Source: the human T2T-CHM13v2.0 reference genome, Homo sapiens
Assembly: GCF_009914755.1 (NCBI RefSeq)
Contig: NC_060937.1
Length of the DNA stretch: 64,000 nt
Reading direction: 5' to 3' (one strand)
Shown here: piece after piece, positions 42,634-56,169 of the stretch
Numbering within the stretch: the stretch's first letter is position 1
Layout: each line of letters starts with the position of its first letter
The notes under the pieces: model-generated
Seen by the model: only the letters and a program-made list of their open reading frames with translations
What the model was told of the DNA's origin: nothing
The model's database searches: none
Program-made: the position numbers and the translations under genes

Positions 42634-43954
42634 TTCCTTACATCATATACAACAATAAACTCAACATGGTTTAAATGTAAAACCCAAGACTATAAAAACT
42701 TTGGAAGACAACCTAGGCAATACCATTCGGGACATAGGCATGGGCAAATATTTTATGATGAAGGCGCAAAAGCAATTAGAACAAAGAGAACATTGACAAA
42801 TGGGATCTAATTAAACTAAAGAGCTTTTGCACAGCAAAAGAAACTATCAACAGAGTAAACAGACAATGTATAGAATGGGAGAAAATTTTTGCAAACTGTG
42901 CATCTGACAATAATCTAATTTCTAGCATCCATAAGGAACATAAATTTACACGAGAAAAACAAACAACCTTATTAAAAATTGGCCAAAGGACACACAGAAA
43001 CACTTCTTGAAAGAAGACATACATGCAGCCAATAAGCGTATGAAACAGAAGTTCAACATCACTGACCATTAGAGAAATGTAAATCCAAACCACAATGAGA
43101 CATCATTTTATACCAGGTATAATGGTTACCATGAAAAAATCAAAAAATCACAGATGCTGACAAAGTTGTGGAGAAAAAGCAACATTTTTACCCTGTTGGT
43201 CGAGTTCAAACGTTGTGGAAGACAGTGTGGTGATTCTTCAAAGACCTAAAGAAAAGAATACCATTTGACCTAGCAATCTCATTACTGGGTATATACCCAA
43301 ACAAATATAAGTCATTCTATTATAAAGATACCTGCACGCTCAAGTTCATCACAGCCCTATTCACAATAGCAAAGACATCAAATCAGCCTACATGTTCATC
43401 AATAATAGACTGGTTGAAGAAAACGTAGTTCATATACAACATGGAGTACTATGCAGCCATAAAAAAGCACAAGATTATGTCCTTTGTAGGGACATGGATG
43501 GAGCTGGAGGCCATTATCCTTAAAAAACTAACAGAAACAGAAAACCAAATACCACATTTTCTCACTTATAAGTGGAGGGTAGATGATGAGAACACACAGA
43601 AACATGGAGGGGAGCAACACGCACCAGGGCCTATCAGGAGGTAGGGGGTGAGAGGAGGGAGAGAATCAGAAAAAATAACTAATAGTTAGTAGACTTAATA
43701 CCTGGGTGATAAAACAATCTGCACAACCAAACTTCGGGACGTATGTTTCCATATTTAAAGAACCTGCACATCCTGCCCATATACCCCTGAACTTAAAACA
43801 AAGTTCAAAAAAGAAAAACATTTTAGCAAAATGACAGACTATTTTTGACTACCTTCGTGTACGGTTCAGAGTCAGACTGCCCAGCTCTAACATCCTTATT
43901 TATGAGAAAGAAAGCATTCTCTCTCTTATCTGCACTATTATATTGGGTTTTCTT

Positions 43955-44249
<295 letters not shown>

Positions 44250-44719
44250 TGGGTTTTCTTCTATATGTAGGAAAATGTAATCCTAACTAAAGTGCTAGCT
44301 TTGCCATGGAATCTCTGTGTAATTCTGGATGTTATGTCACTTTCCTAAGACTTTTTTCTATCTGCGTAGTGGTGGAGGCAGTAGTGGGGAAGATTTAATT
44401 ATACAAAGGGTCCATCAATCCATGTGTTAAGTGAGGATGTCACTACTTTCCAGACTCAGAGGACAGGGGACATATTGTTATGCTCCATGGGAAGCTGTTG
44501 GGGGGTGGAGGTGGGGCTCACTTGCACACATTGTCTGTGGGCCTTGAAAGATCAAGTGTGTATGACCCTTCTTGAACAGAAGGTCCATGTGCCCAGTGCA
44601 GAACCCATCTATTTCTTCCCAAGTGAGGAAGATCTGGGAACACCCTGATCACAGCCTTGCTACACCAATCCTAGTTGGTAGGGACGTTAGACCATATGCA
44701 TGTTGAGCTGTGGCTTAAG

Positions 44720-44860
44720 CATTTTGACATCTCACATCTCATTGGATATCTGAAAAACTGAGGTCTGGAGAGAAGCAGGGACTGGCCCAGAGATGATGAA
44801 GTGGGCAGAGTCCAAGGGAAAAAAGAGCATTCTGACCTCCTAGGCCAGGGCTCAACACTC
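44720..44860 (-). mobile_element. MIR fragment
   Basis: MIR core-like aaaactgaggtctggagaga...tggcccagag...tctgacctcc. Confidence 0.5.
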
Positions 44861-45669
44861 TCATGGGGTTTGTTTTGGGAATGAGTCCCTGAGATCCTGG
44901 GGATTTTTGCCAATTTTCTCGTCATATGAAGCAAACTCATGTCTGCATCATTAGACTTCCACAGGTTTGTGCATACACACACAGACTTCTCAGGCTAAAG
45001 GTCATAAGAGGAGTTAACGCTGATGGAGTGATGAGAAGAAAAAAGATAGAGGATAGGGGCAGCTTTGTCATGGGGTAGAAGCACCCCATCTTCTGGTAAC
45101 ATGCCCAGGACCCATAACATGGGCAGGGGAAGGCAATAGGCTGATGGCTTGAGAGGCTCAAGGCTTCCATGGATCTGACTGGGCTGCAGCCAACACCAGG
45201 ATAGCTTTCCAAGGACAAAACCTTACTTTCTCCATTCATTAATCTGCATAATTAAAATGGTAAGGAATCCCCCTACACCCAATATGGAGAGGAATACAGT
45301 AGTGAAAACCTTCAATTTTTCCCGTACAAATTGACATAATTGAACTGTGTGACCCCTAAATTTGAAAGGCTTAAAGAAGTGAGTTGACCTTGCTGTCTAT
45401 CAATTACCACTGTACTCTCAGAACTTTGGAAATTGCTCTGTGTCCTCCGAAGGTCTTTCAGAGCAGAAAGTGGCCTAGGGGTGTGCGGGACTGAGCACTC
45501 AGGCTGGTGTAGAATGTGACAGATCCTCAGACCACTGCTCTGGGATCCAAGGAGAAGACCTTCTCGGTCAGAGCTTTGGGGATCTTTTTTTTGGAGGGGG
45601 CGATCTTTTTTGAAAGTGGAGACAGAATCGTTTTCCAGGGCTCCCTCATTTGCCCTCCTGTTTCATAGT

Positions 45670-45683
45670 ATTTCTTTTTTCTG

Positions 45684-45744
<61 letters not shown>

Positions 45745-46051
45745 TTTCTTTCTTTCTTCTTTCTTTTTCTTTCTTTCTTCTTTCTTTCTTTCCTTCTTTT
45801 TCTTTCTCTTTCTTTCTTTCTCCTTCGTTTCTTTTCTTTCTTCCTTTCTTTCTTCTTTCTCTTTCTTTTGTTCTTCCTTCATTCCTTCCTTCCGTTTCTT
45901 TCTTTCTTCTTTCTTTCTTTCCTCTTCCTTCATTCCTTCCTTCCTTTTCTTTCTTTCTTTCTTTCTTTCTCTTTCTTTCTCCTTCCTTCCTCCCTCCCTT
46001 TCTTTTCTTTCTTTCCTTATTTTCTTTTTTCTTTCTTCTTTCTTTCTTTCT

Positions 46052-46091
<40 letters not shown>

Positions 46092-46092
46092 T
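45670..46092. repeat. (TTTC)n/(TTC)n polypyrimidine tract, expanded Alu tail
   Basis: About 420 nt, almost entirely C/T. Confidence 0.95.
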
Positions 46093-46412
46093 ATCAGAGT
46101 CTCTCTCTTCTCGCTCTTTCACGGGACTGGAGTGGAGTGGCATGATCTCGGCTCACTGCAACCTCCACCTCCCGGGTTCAAGTGATTCACTGCAACCTCC
46201 ACCTCCCAGGTTCAAGTGATTCTCCTGCCTCAGCCTCCTGAGTAGCTGGGAATATAAGGGCGTGCCACCAAGCCTGGCTAATTTTTGTATTATTAGTAGA
46301 GACGGGGTTTCGCCATGTTGTCCAGGATGGTCTCGATCTCTTCACCTCGTGATCTGCTTGCATCAGCCTCTGAAAAAAACTGAGATTATAGGTGTGAGCC
46401 ACCACACAAAGC
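46093..46412 (-). mobile_element. Alu with a 34-bp internal tandem duplication
   Basis: cactgcaacctccacctccc(g/a)ggttcaagtgatt at 46154-46187 and 46188-46221. Confidence 0.9.
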
Positions 46413-46675
46413 CTACAGTTTATTTTTCTTTGCTTGTTAAAATGTTTTAGTCAGCTAAAATTTACACAATATAGAGTTCTACATACTATCTAATATAAAG
46501 TGTAAAATTCAGTGCTTTTCAGTTTATTTACAATGCTATGCAACTGTCACCCTTATCAAATTCCAAAATAGTTTCATCACCCTTTCACCAAAAAAACTCC
46601 ATATCCATTAAGCAGTAATTTATCATTCATCCACCGAATTTCCTTGGTAACCACTGATTGACTTTCTATCTCTAG

Positions 46676-46993
<318 letters not shown>

Positions 46994-47174
46994 TCTATTT
47001 CTAGTTTTCTATTCTAGTCACTTTATAGAAATATAATAATATAATATGTGACCTTTTTTCTTTGGCTTTTCTCTTTGAGCGTGTTTTCATTATTTATCCA
47101 TGTTGTGGCACATATCAGTTCTGTATTTATTTTTATGGCTAGCTAATACTCCATTGTATAAATAATATTCTATT

Positions 47175-47465
47175 GGCCAGGGACGATGGCTCACACCTAT
47201 AAACTCAGTATTTTGGGAGGCTGAGGCTGGTGGATCACCTGAGGTCAGGAGTTCTAGACCAGCCTGGCTGACATGGTGAAACACTGTGTCTACTAAAAAT
47301 ACAAAAATTAGCCGGGCGTGGTTCCTGAAAGCCCAATTGCTCAGGAGGCTGAGGCCAGGGAATCTCTTGAACCCAGGAGGTGGAGGTTACAGTGAGCTGA
47401 GATCGTGCCACTGCACTCCAGCATGGGTGACAGAGCAAGACTGTCTCAAAAAAAAAGAAAGAAAA
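47175..47465 (+). mobile_element. Alu (AluS-like)
   Basis: ggatcacctgaggtcaggagttc, both arms and A tail. Confidence 0.9.
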
Positions 47466-47687
47466 TGAGAGGAAATATGTGCAAACTACACAGCTGACAA
47501 GCGATTGATAAGCAGAATACAGAATAAACAAAAAACTAAATAAAAAATTAGTTTAACTTTAAAATGGGCAATAATCTTCAGAAACATTTCTGGAAAATAT
47601 AAGGGGCATAAACATAGAACCTAAAAGTTAGAGAAGAATTATGAAAAAACTGAAGGATATAGAAAAAATAATTTCAGACTATTCACA

Positions 47688-48158
47688 TTAAAATTTAATT
47701 AGAGAGGGGGTGGAGCCAAGATGGGCGAATAGGAAAAGCCTTAGTCTAGAACTCCCAGCATCGGCAATGCAGAACACAGGTGATTTCTGCATTTCCAACT
47801 GAGGTACCGGGCTCATCTCACTGGGGAGTGTCAGAAAGTGGGTGCAGGACAGTGGGTGCAGCGCACCCCATGTGAGCCAAAGCATGGTGAGGCATCGCCT
47901 CACCCAGGAAGTGCAAGGGGTCAGGGAATACCCTTTCCTAGTCAAAGAAAGGGGTGACAGATTGCACCTGGAAAATCGGGTGACTCCCACCCTAACACTG
48001 TACTGTTCCAAAGGTCTTAGCAAACGGCATACCAGGAGATTATATCCTGCACCTGGCTCAGAGGGTCCTACGCCCACAGAGCCACAATCATTGCTAGCAC
48101 AGCAGTCTGAGATCAAACTGCAAGGCAACAACAAGCCTGGGGGAGGGGCGCCCACCAT
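47688..48158 (-). CDS. L1 ORF0-homologous antisense ORF, 156 aa, expression unproven
   Basis: MVGAPPPGLLLPCSLISDCCASN...SVGVGPSEPG matches the known L1 ORF0 N-terminus; GCAATGG start context; open until a TAA at the edge of the 5' flank. Confidence 0.45.
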   Translation of the reverse strand: MVGAPPPGLLLPCSLISDCCASNDCGSVGVGPSEPGAGYNLLVCRLLRPLEQYSVRVGVTRFSRCNLSPLSLTRKGYSLTPCTSWVRRCLTMLWLTWGALHPLSCTHFLTLPSEMSPVPQLEMQKSPVFCIADAGSSRLRLFLFAHLGSTPSLIKF

Positions 48159-50996
48159 TGCCGTGGCTTGAGTAGGTAAACAAAGCAGCCAGGAAGCTCC
48201 AACTGGGTGGAGCCAACTGCATCTCAAGGAGGCCTGCCTGACTCTGTAGACTCCACCTCTGGGGGCAGGGAATAGCCAAACAAATGGCAGCAGAATCCTC
48301 TGCAGACTTAAATGTCCCTGTCTGACAGCTTTGAAGAGAGTAGTGGTTATCCCAGCATGCAGCTGGAGATCTGAGAACAGACAGACTGCCTCCTCAAGTG
48401 GGTCCCTGACCCCCGAGTAGCCTATCTGGGAAGCATCCCCAGTAGGGGCAGACTGACACCTCACACGGCCGGGTACTCCTCTGAGACAAAATTTCCAGAG
48501 GAACAATCAGGCAGCAATATTTGCTTTTCACCAATATCCGCTGTTCTGCAGCCTCCACTGCTGATACCCAGGCAAACAGGGTCTGGAGTGGACCTCCAGC
48601 AAACTCCAACAGACCTGCAGCTGAGGGTTCTGACTGTTAGAAGGAAAACTAACAAACAGAAAGTACATCCACAACAAAATCCCATCTGTACATCACAATC
48701 ATCAAAGACCAAAGGAGAGAAAACTACAAAGATGGGGAAAAAACAGAGCAGAAAAACGGAAAATTCTAAAAATCAGAGTATCTCTCCACCTCCAAAGGAA
48801 CACAGCTCCTCACCAGCAATGGAACAAAGCTGGACAGAGAATGACTTTGACGAGTTGAGAGAAGAAGGCTTCAGACGATCAAACTACTCCGAGCTAAAGG
48901 AGGAAGTTCAAACCCATGGCAAAGAAGTGAAAAACCTTTAAAAAAATTAGATGAATAGCTAACTAGAATAACCAATGCAGAGAAGTTCGTAAAGGACCTG
49001 ATGGAGCTGAAAACCAATGTACGAGAAGTACGTGATGAATGCACAAGCCTCAGTAGCCAATTCGATGAACTGGAAGAAAGGGTGTCAGTGATGGAAGATC
49101 AAATGAATGAAATGAAGTGAGAAAAGAAGTTTAGAGAGAAAAAGATAAAAAGAAATGAACAAAACCTCCAAGAAATATGGGACTGTGTGAAAAGACCAAA
49201 TCTACATCTGATTGGTGTACCTGAAAGTTATGAGGAGAATGGAAGCAAGTTGGAAAACACTCTGAAGGATATTATCCATGAGAACTTCCCCAATCTAGCA
49301 AGGGAGGGTGACATTCAAATTCAGGAAATACAGAGAACACCAAAAAGATAATCCTCAAGAAGAGCAACTCCAAGACACATAACTGTCAGATTCACCAAAG
49401 TTGAAATGAAGGAAAAAATGTTAAGGGCAGCCAGAGAGAAAGGTCGGGTTACCCACAAAGGGAAGCCCATCAGACTAACAGCTGATCTCTCGGCAGAAAC
49501 TCTACAAGCCAGAAGAGTGGGGAACAATATTCAACATTCTTAAAGAAAAGAATTTTCAATCCAGAATTTCATATTCATTCAAACTAAGCTTCATAAGTGA
49601 AGGAGAAATAAAATCCTTTACATACAAGCAAACGATGAGAGATTTTGTCACCACCAGGCCTGCCCTAAAAGAGCTCCTGAAGGAAGCACTAAACATGGAA
49701 AGGAACAACCGGTACCAGCCACTGCAAAAACATGCCAAGTTGTAAAGACCATCGAGGCTAGGAAGAAACTGCATCAACTAACGAGCAAAATAACCAGCTA
49801 ACATCATAATGACAGGATCAAATGCACACAAAACAATATTAACCTTAAAAGTAAATGGACTAAATTCTCCCATTAAAAGACACAGACTGGCAAATTGGAT
49901 AAAGAGTCAAGACCCATCAGTGTTCTGTATTCAGGAAACGCATCTCACGTGCAGAGACACACATAGGCTCAAAATAAAGGGATGGAGGAAGATCTACCAA
50001 GCAAATGGAAAACAGAAAAAGGCAGGGGTTACAATCCTAGTGTCTGATAAAACAGACTTTAAAACAATAAAGATCAAAAGAGACAAAGAAGTCCATTACG
50101 TAATGATAAAGGGATCAATGCAATAAGAAGAGCTAATTATCCTGAATATATATGCACCCAATATAGGAGCACACAGATTCATAAAGCAAGTCCTTAGAGA
50201 CCTAGAAAGAGACTTAGACTCCCACACAATAGTAATGGGAGATTTTAACACCCCTCTGTCAACATTAGACATATCAATGAGACAGATAGTTAACAAGGAT
50301 ATCCAGGAATTGAACTCAGCTCTGCACCAAGCAGACCTAATAGACATCTACAGAACTGTCCACCCCAAATCAACAGAATATACATTCTTCTCAGCACCGC
50401 ACCGCACTTATTCCAAAATTGACCACATAGTTGGAAGTAAAGCACTCCTCAGCAAATTGTAAAAGAACAGAAATTATAAAAACCTCTCTCTCAGACCACA
50501 CTGCAATAAAACTAGAACTCAGGATTAAGAAACTCACTCAAAACCGCTCAACTACATGGAAACCAAACAACCTGCTCCCGAATGACTACTGGGTACATAA
50601 CGAAACGAAGGCAGAAATAAAGATGTTCTTTGAAAGCAACGAGAACAAAGACACAACATACCAGAATCTATGGGACACATTCAAAGCAGCGTGTAGAGGG
50701 AAATTTATAGCACTAAAGGCCCACAAGAGAAAGCAGAGAAGATCTAAAATTGACACCCTAACATCACAATTAGAAGAACTAGAGAAGCAAGAGCAAACAC
50801 ATTCAAAAGCTAGCAGAAGGCAAGAAATAACTAAGATCAGAGCAGAATTGAAAGAAATAGACACATAAAAAACCCTTCAAAAAATCAGTGAATTCAGGAG
50901 CTGGTTTTTGAAACGATCAACAAAATTGATAGACTGCTAGCAAGACTAGTAAAGAAGAAAAGAGAGAAGAATCAAATAGACGCAATAAAAACTGAT
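47704..50996 (+). mobile_element. L1PA (L1PA4/5-like) 5' half: 5' UTR, disrupted ORF1, ORF2 endonuclease
   Basis: Starts gggggtggagccaagatgg; ORF1 MGKKQSRKTENSK (ATG about 48732, early stop); ORF2 MTGSNAHKTILTLKVNGLN at 49809; ends abruptly at gcaataaaaactgat. Confidence 0.95.
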
Positions 50997-51720
50997 CATT
51001 TATGTGGCTCAAGTTCTCTAATATAACATAGTACGGTCAAAATGGAAGGGTAAAAATTGCAAGACCACCTTAACGTTTGTCATCTTAAGTGTACTATAAA
51101 AATGCCTTTTAAATTAATTCAGTGAATAGGTTTTTAAGTGCATGTTTTAGATTATGCTGAACTGTCAAATACCAGCACATCCCTAATTTGCAGTAGATTA
51201 ACAGCACTTTTTAGCACACATCACAGAGTTGTTCGGTGGCCAAATTGAAAAGGCACCTCCTCTCCATGTGGTCATTCAGAAACTCAAAGTTCTTTCATTA
51301 TTTGTCTTCATCATCCATGAGTCGTGGTTGCCGTTTGTGTTCAGTCCCCTGAAAATAAAGTACTTTAAGAAATGCATGCGAGAAGACTTGATGGACTCAT
51401 CTTAATGTGACTCACATCCATCTCACTCTACAACCATTAACAATAACTGGTCACGTTTCCACATCTAATGCAAATGAGGCTAAGAAATGTAATTCTGCTG
51501 TGTCCCTAATAAATGGGAGAATAGAATTTGTTGAATGACCAGAGTTTTCCGTAACATTGTGTCACTCATATGGATTTACTGTGTTTCTCAAATATTTATT
51601 AAACATCTGTCATAGCCAAGCACTGTGATAAGGAGTACAGGGAGGACAGAGAGCTGACTCAGCAGAGTCCTAGTCTGAAAGAAACTCACAATCTAAGAAA
51701 ATAAGAAAAGTCATGTTAGG

Positions 51721-52200
51721 TGCTGCTATAAAGGCACATGCACACGTATGTTTATTGTGGCACTACTCACAATGCAAATACTTGGAACCAACCGAAATGT
51801 CCAACAATGATAGACTGGATCAAGCAAATGTGGCCCATATACACCATGGAATACTATGCAGCCATAAAAAATGATGAGTTCATGTCCTTTGTGTGTACAT
51901 GGATGAAGCTGGAAAAGATAATTCTCAGCAAACTATCACAAGGACAAAAAAAAACAAACACCACATGTTCTCGCTTATAGGTGGGAATTGAACAATGAGA
52001 ACACTTGGACACAGGAAGGGTAACATTACCCACTGGGGAATGTTGTTGGGGGGGGAGGGGGGAGGGATAGCATTTGGAGATATACCTAATGTAAATGACG
52101 AGTTAATGGGTGCAGCTCACCAATATGGCACATGTATACATAAGTAACAAACCTGCACGTTGTGCACATGTACCCTAGAACTTAAAGTATAATAAATATA
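51721..52200 (+). mobile_element. L1PA 3' fragment
   Basis: [15 protein letters not shown]...MEYYAAIK, then 3' UTR and A-rich tail. Confidence 0.9.
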
Positions 52201-52228
52201 TGTATAACATATGTATATATTATATACA

Positions 52229-52432
52229 TGTTCAAGGGATTCTCCTGCCTCAGCCTCCCAAGTAGCTGGGATTACAAGCGCTGCCATTACTCCCAGCTAT
52301 TTTTTGTATTTTTAGTAGAGAAGGAGTTTTGCCATGTTGGCCAGGACGGTCTGGATCTCCTAACCTCATGATCCACACCCCTTGGCCTCCCAGAGTGCTG
52401 GGATTACAGGTGTGAGCCACAGCCCCCGGCCT
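52229..52432 (-). mobile_element. Truncated Alu
   Basis: Begins abruptly at gttcaagggattctcc. Confidence 0.88.
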
Positions 52433-53845
52433 ATATGAGTTTTCAAATAGTTTTTTCTAGCTCCGTAAAAAATTTCATTGGCAGTTTGATGGAAATAGTA
52501 TTAAATCTGTAAATTTCTTTGTGAAGTATAGCCATTTTAGTGATATTGGATCTTCCTATCCGTGAGCATGGGATGGTTTTCCATTTGTTTGTATCTTCTC
52601 TGATTTCTTTGAGCAGTGTTTTGTAAATCTCATTGTAGAGCTCTTTCACCTCCCTGGTGAGCTGCATTTCCAGATATTTTATTATTTTAGTGGCAATTGT
52701 GAATGGGATGGCCTTTCTGATTTTGCTGTCAGTGTGGCTATCGTTGGTGTAGAAAAATGTTAGTGATCTTTGCACATTGATTTAGTATCTTGAAACTTTG
52801 CTGAAGCTGTTTGTTAACTAAAGAAGCTTTGTAGATGAAACTACAGGGTTTTCTAGATAGAGAATTATGTTATCTGCAAACAGAAATAGTTTGGCTTTCT
52901 CTCTTCCTATTTGGATGTTCTTCGGATTTCTTTCTCTAGCCTGATTGCTCTGGTCAGTACTGTCAATACTAAGTTGAATAGAAATGGCAAGAGAGGGCAT
53001 TCTTGCCTTCTACTGGTTTTAAAAAATAATGTTCCCGGCTTTTGCCCATTCAACACATTGTTGGCTGTGGGTTTCTTATAGACGGCTTTTATTATTTTCT
53101 GCGTCTATTGAGATAATCATCTTTTTTTTGTTTTTAGTTCTGTTTATGTAATGTATTACATTTATTGATTTGCACATGATGGACCAACCTTGCGTCCTAA
53201 GGAGGAAGCCTACTTGATCATGACGGATTACCTGTTTGATGTGCTGCTGGATTTGCCTCCCAAATATTTTGTTGAGAACTTTTGTATTGATGTTCGTCAA
53301 GAATATTGGCCTGAAGTTTTCTTTCCCTTCTTTCTTTTTTTTTTTTTTTTTTTGACGGTGTCTCCCTCTGTTGCCCAGGCTGGAGTGGATTGCACTGGCG
53401 CGATCTCTGCTTAATGCAATCTCTGCCTCCTGAGTTCACGCCATTCTCCTGCTTCAGCCTCTCAAGTAGCTGGGACTACAGGTGTCTGCTACCAAGCCCG
53501 GCTAATTTTTTGTGTTTTTGTTGTGTCTCTGCCTGTTTTGGTGTCAAGATCATGCTGTCCTCATAGAATGAGTTGGGGAGAAGACCCTCCTTCTCAATTT
53601 TTGGGTATAGTTTCTGTAGGAATTGTACCAGCTCTTCTTTGTACATTTGGTAGAATTTGGCTGTAAGTCCATAAAGTCCAGAGCTTTTTTTTTTTGATTG
53701 GCAAGCTACTTATTACCTATTTAATATCAGAGTTTTTTACTGGTCTGTTCAGGAAATCATTGTCTTCCTGGCTTAATCTTGAGAGAGTGTGTATATCTAG
53801 GAATCTATTTATTTCGTTAAAGTTTTCTAGTTTGTGTGTATAAAG
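52433..53845 (-). mobile_element. Older L1P ORF2 fragment containing a 5'-truncated AluY (about 53330-53520)
   Basis: LFADNIILYLENP and [20 protein letters not shown]; Alu right arm inserted in a T-run. Confidence 0.88.
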
Positions 53846-53929
53846 TTGTTCATGTTAGTGCTGTCCCCAGTTAAATAAAAACAACTATTAGAAACCACTA
53901 AAGTTTAACACTTGTTTTTATATCTTTAA

Positions 53930-54610
53930 TCAATTTTTATTTAATTTTTCTACTTGGAATGTGATAAAGATTCAACTTTACTGGTTTAAATGTGGACTTG
54001 TTTTCCCAGCATTTCTTGTGTAACAAACTGTCTTTACATAATGATTAAGGCACACTTTTAAAAAGACAAACAATAATTTATGAAAGGGTTTTTTGGAGTA
54101 TCTATTTTATTTATTTGATCTCCACAATTGTTCTTATGCCACTATCAAACTGTTATAATTTTAGTAGCTTTTTATGTTTTCAAATTTAAAATTGTGAGCC
54201 ACCTAATTTTGTCCTTCTTTTCAAGATTATTCTGTACATTCAGAGGATGTTCAAATTCCATATGAAGTTTTAAATGAGCTATTTTCTTTTTGCAGAAGAA
54301 AAGTTGGAAAAATGAAAACTTGGGATTACAGTACATCTGTACACTCCTTTGGGCAGTGGTATTGTCATCTTAACTTCATTAAATCTTCCGGTTCAGGAAC
54401 ATGGAATTTGTTGCCAGTTATTTAAGTCCTTTTTAGTTTTTTTCATAAACATTCTGATCCTGTATTTTTTATTGTACAAGATATTTACCTCCTTATTAAA
54501 TTTATTGCTAAGAATTATATTATTTTAATGTTGTTGCGAACAATTGTTTTCTTAATTTACTGTCAAATTGTTAATTGTATATGGAAATGCAGTTTATGTT
54601 TCTGTGTTGT
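53930..54610 (-). mobile_element. Old L1M ORF2 fragment
   Basis: Degenerate reverse ORF2 motifs (cttttcaagatt, aattccatatgaa, aaatttattgctaag). Confidence 0.6.
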
Positions 54611-54827
54611 AAAAATAATTATTTCATGTCTCAAATCTAGATTAGCAATTCATTCAGAATAAATATGCTGTATATATTACTAGTCATTTAACTTTTTCCA
54701 ATAAGCTAACCAATTTCAATATGTCTAAATATGTAAAAATGTTAAATTGTGTTAGATTTTTCACTTACTCTCACCTGTCATTTATCTGTCAGAATTACAT
54801 TACTGCGCACTAGAACTTTCATTTCTG

Positions 54828-55033
54828 GGGCCGGGCACGGAGGCTCATGCCTATATTCCTAGCACTTTGTGAGGCCAAGGCAGGCGGACCACCTGAGATC
54901 AGGAGTTCGAGACCTGTCTGGCCAATATGGTAAAACCCCGCCTCTACTAAAAATACAAAAATAAGCTGAGCGTGGTCTTGGGAGACTGTATTCCCAGCTA
55001 CTTTGGAGGCTGACACTGGAGAATCACTTGAAC
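54828..55033 (+). mobile_element. 3'-truncated Alu
   Basis: ggccgggcacgg...gaatcacttgaac, then an abrupt switch to LTR-like sequence. Confidence 0.88.
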
Positions 55034-56169
55034 AATCCCACAACACAAAACAACCGAGGTTAGTCTTCATGTCGAAAGTCTTCAATGGATTGTCTTTTAT
55101 CACAGGATTGCTTAGTGCAACATTTAATGGGAAAGATGCATGCTACTGAGATGTAGTTCTCCACAAGTCTCTTAGAGTTTGTTGTTTTGTTGTGGATTAC
55201 ATCACATACCTGTCCTGTTCCACGTTATTTTTCAAAGATTTTTGTACACAAATAACCTGGAAAAAGGGTAGTAGTTTTTCTCTTCAGGTGAATGGCAGAT
55301 AAATTACTCAATCAATATAATAAAGACAATTTTTCTTTGTGACGCAAAGGTTGGACAGGCTTCCATGTAACCTACTTTAAAAAGATTGAGGTTTCTTAGT
55401 CTTGAGTCTGCTCAGCTATGACACAAATCTTCCCCATGTACAATGTCCATATGAGCCTTTTGAAATCCTTCAAAAAACGTAGTATGGACAAGGAGAACTA
55501 ATACAAATATGAGGCTTTTGCCTCCAGGTAAGCAGTAAATAGTAGGTATTTTTTTTCATACTTCAGTGTCTCATGCCTTCTACCAGCATCGATGAAAATG
55601 GAAGGTTAATATGTTGTTTACAAATGCTATAAAATCTTAGATACGTCACAATTATTTAATTTTGGAGATGACTATGGCATGCTGAGATAAACACAACTTT
55701 CTGAAAGGGGAAAAGGAACAAATACTTGAAGAGCTTGCAAGGGATATGAGAAGTTCCCCCAGGACCAACAGCAAATTCTCTCGGCCAAGTGGTTAGTTTG
55801 GTGAAGCAAGAGATCAAGACTCTGCTGTCTGCTAATGAGACTGATCCTTGAGAGGATTATAACAATGAACCTGAGAGCTTTGCATGTTCACTTTTCTCCT
55901 GCTGGAAAATCAAGGAGCTCTTAAAGCTAATGTTGAGGTTTGGATGAGTCCAAAACACTAGAAGTTCATGTGGTTCAGCTGTGAGCAGCAAAAAGACTGC
56001 AAAAAGCCACATTAAGCAGGTTTTGTAAGTCTCTCTCCTTTACCCACATGAAGGAACCCATTCCCTCTGCACTTCTAATTTTTGTCCTTTGTCTACAGCT
56101 AACTTCAGCAACTTTAAATATTAAACTACATACGATTGGAGGTTTGGATGGGGGAACACAAATGTATGT

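Larger units (their letters stand above)
35882..43815 (+). mobile_element. Full-length degenerate L1 (L1PA13-like)
   Basis: Long 5' UTR starting gccaagagggctgactagaag, ORF1, ORF2 (DFNIPLTVLERLLRQKINK), L1PA13-type 3' UTR; decayed TSD AAATATTGTAGCAAA (35867-35881) versus AAACATTTTAGCAAA (43816-43830). Confidence 0.9.

Noticed and set aside
45610-46219. 165-191 aa F/S/L-rich and K/E/R-rich ORFs
   Set aside because: Translations of the (TTTC)n tract.
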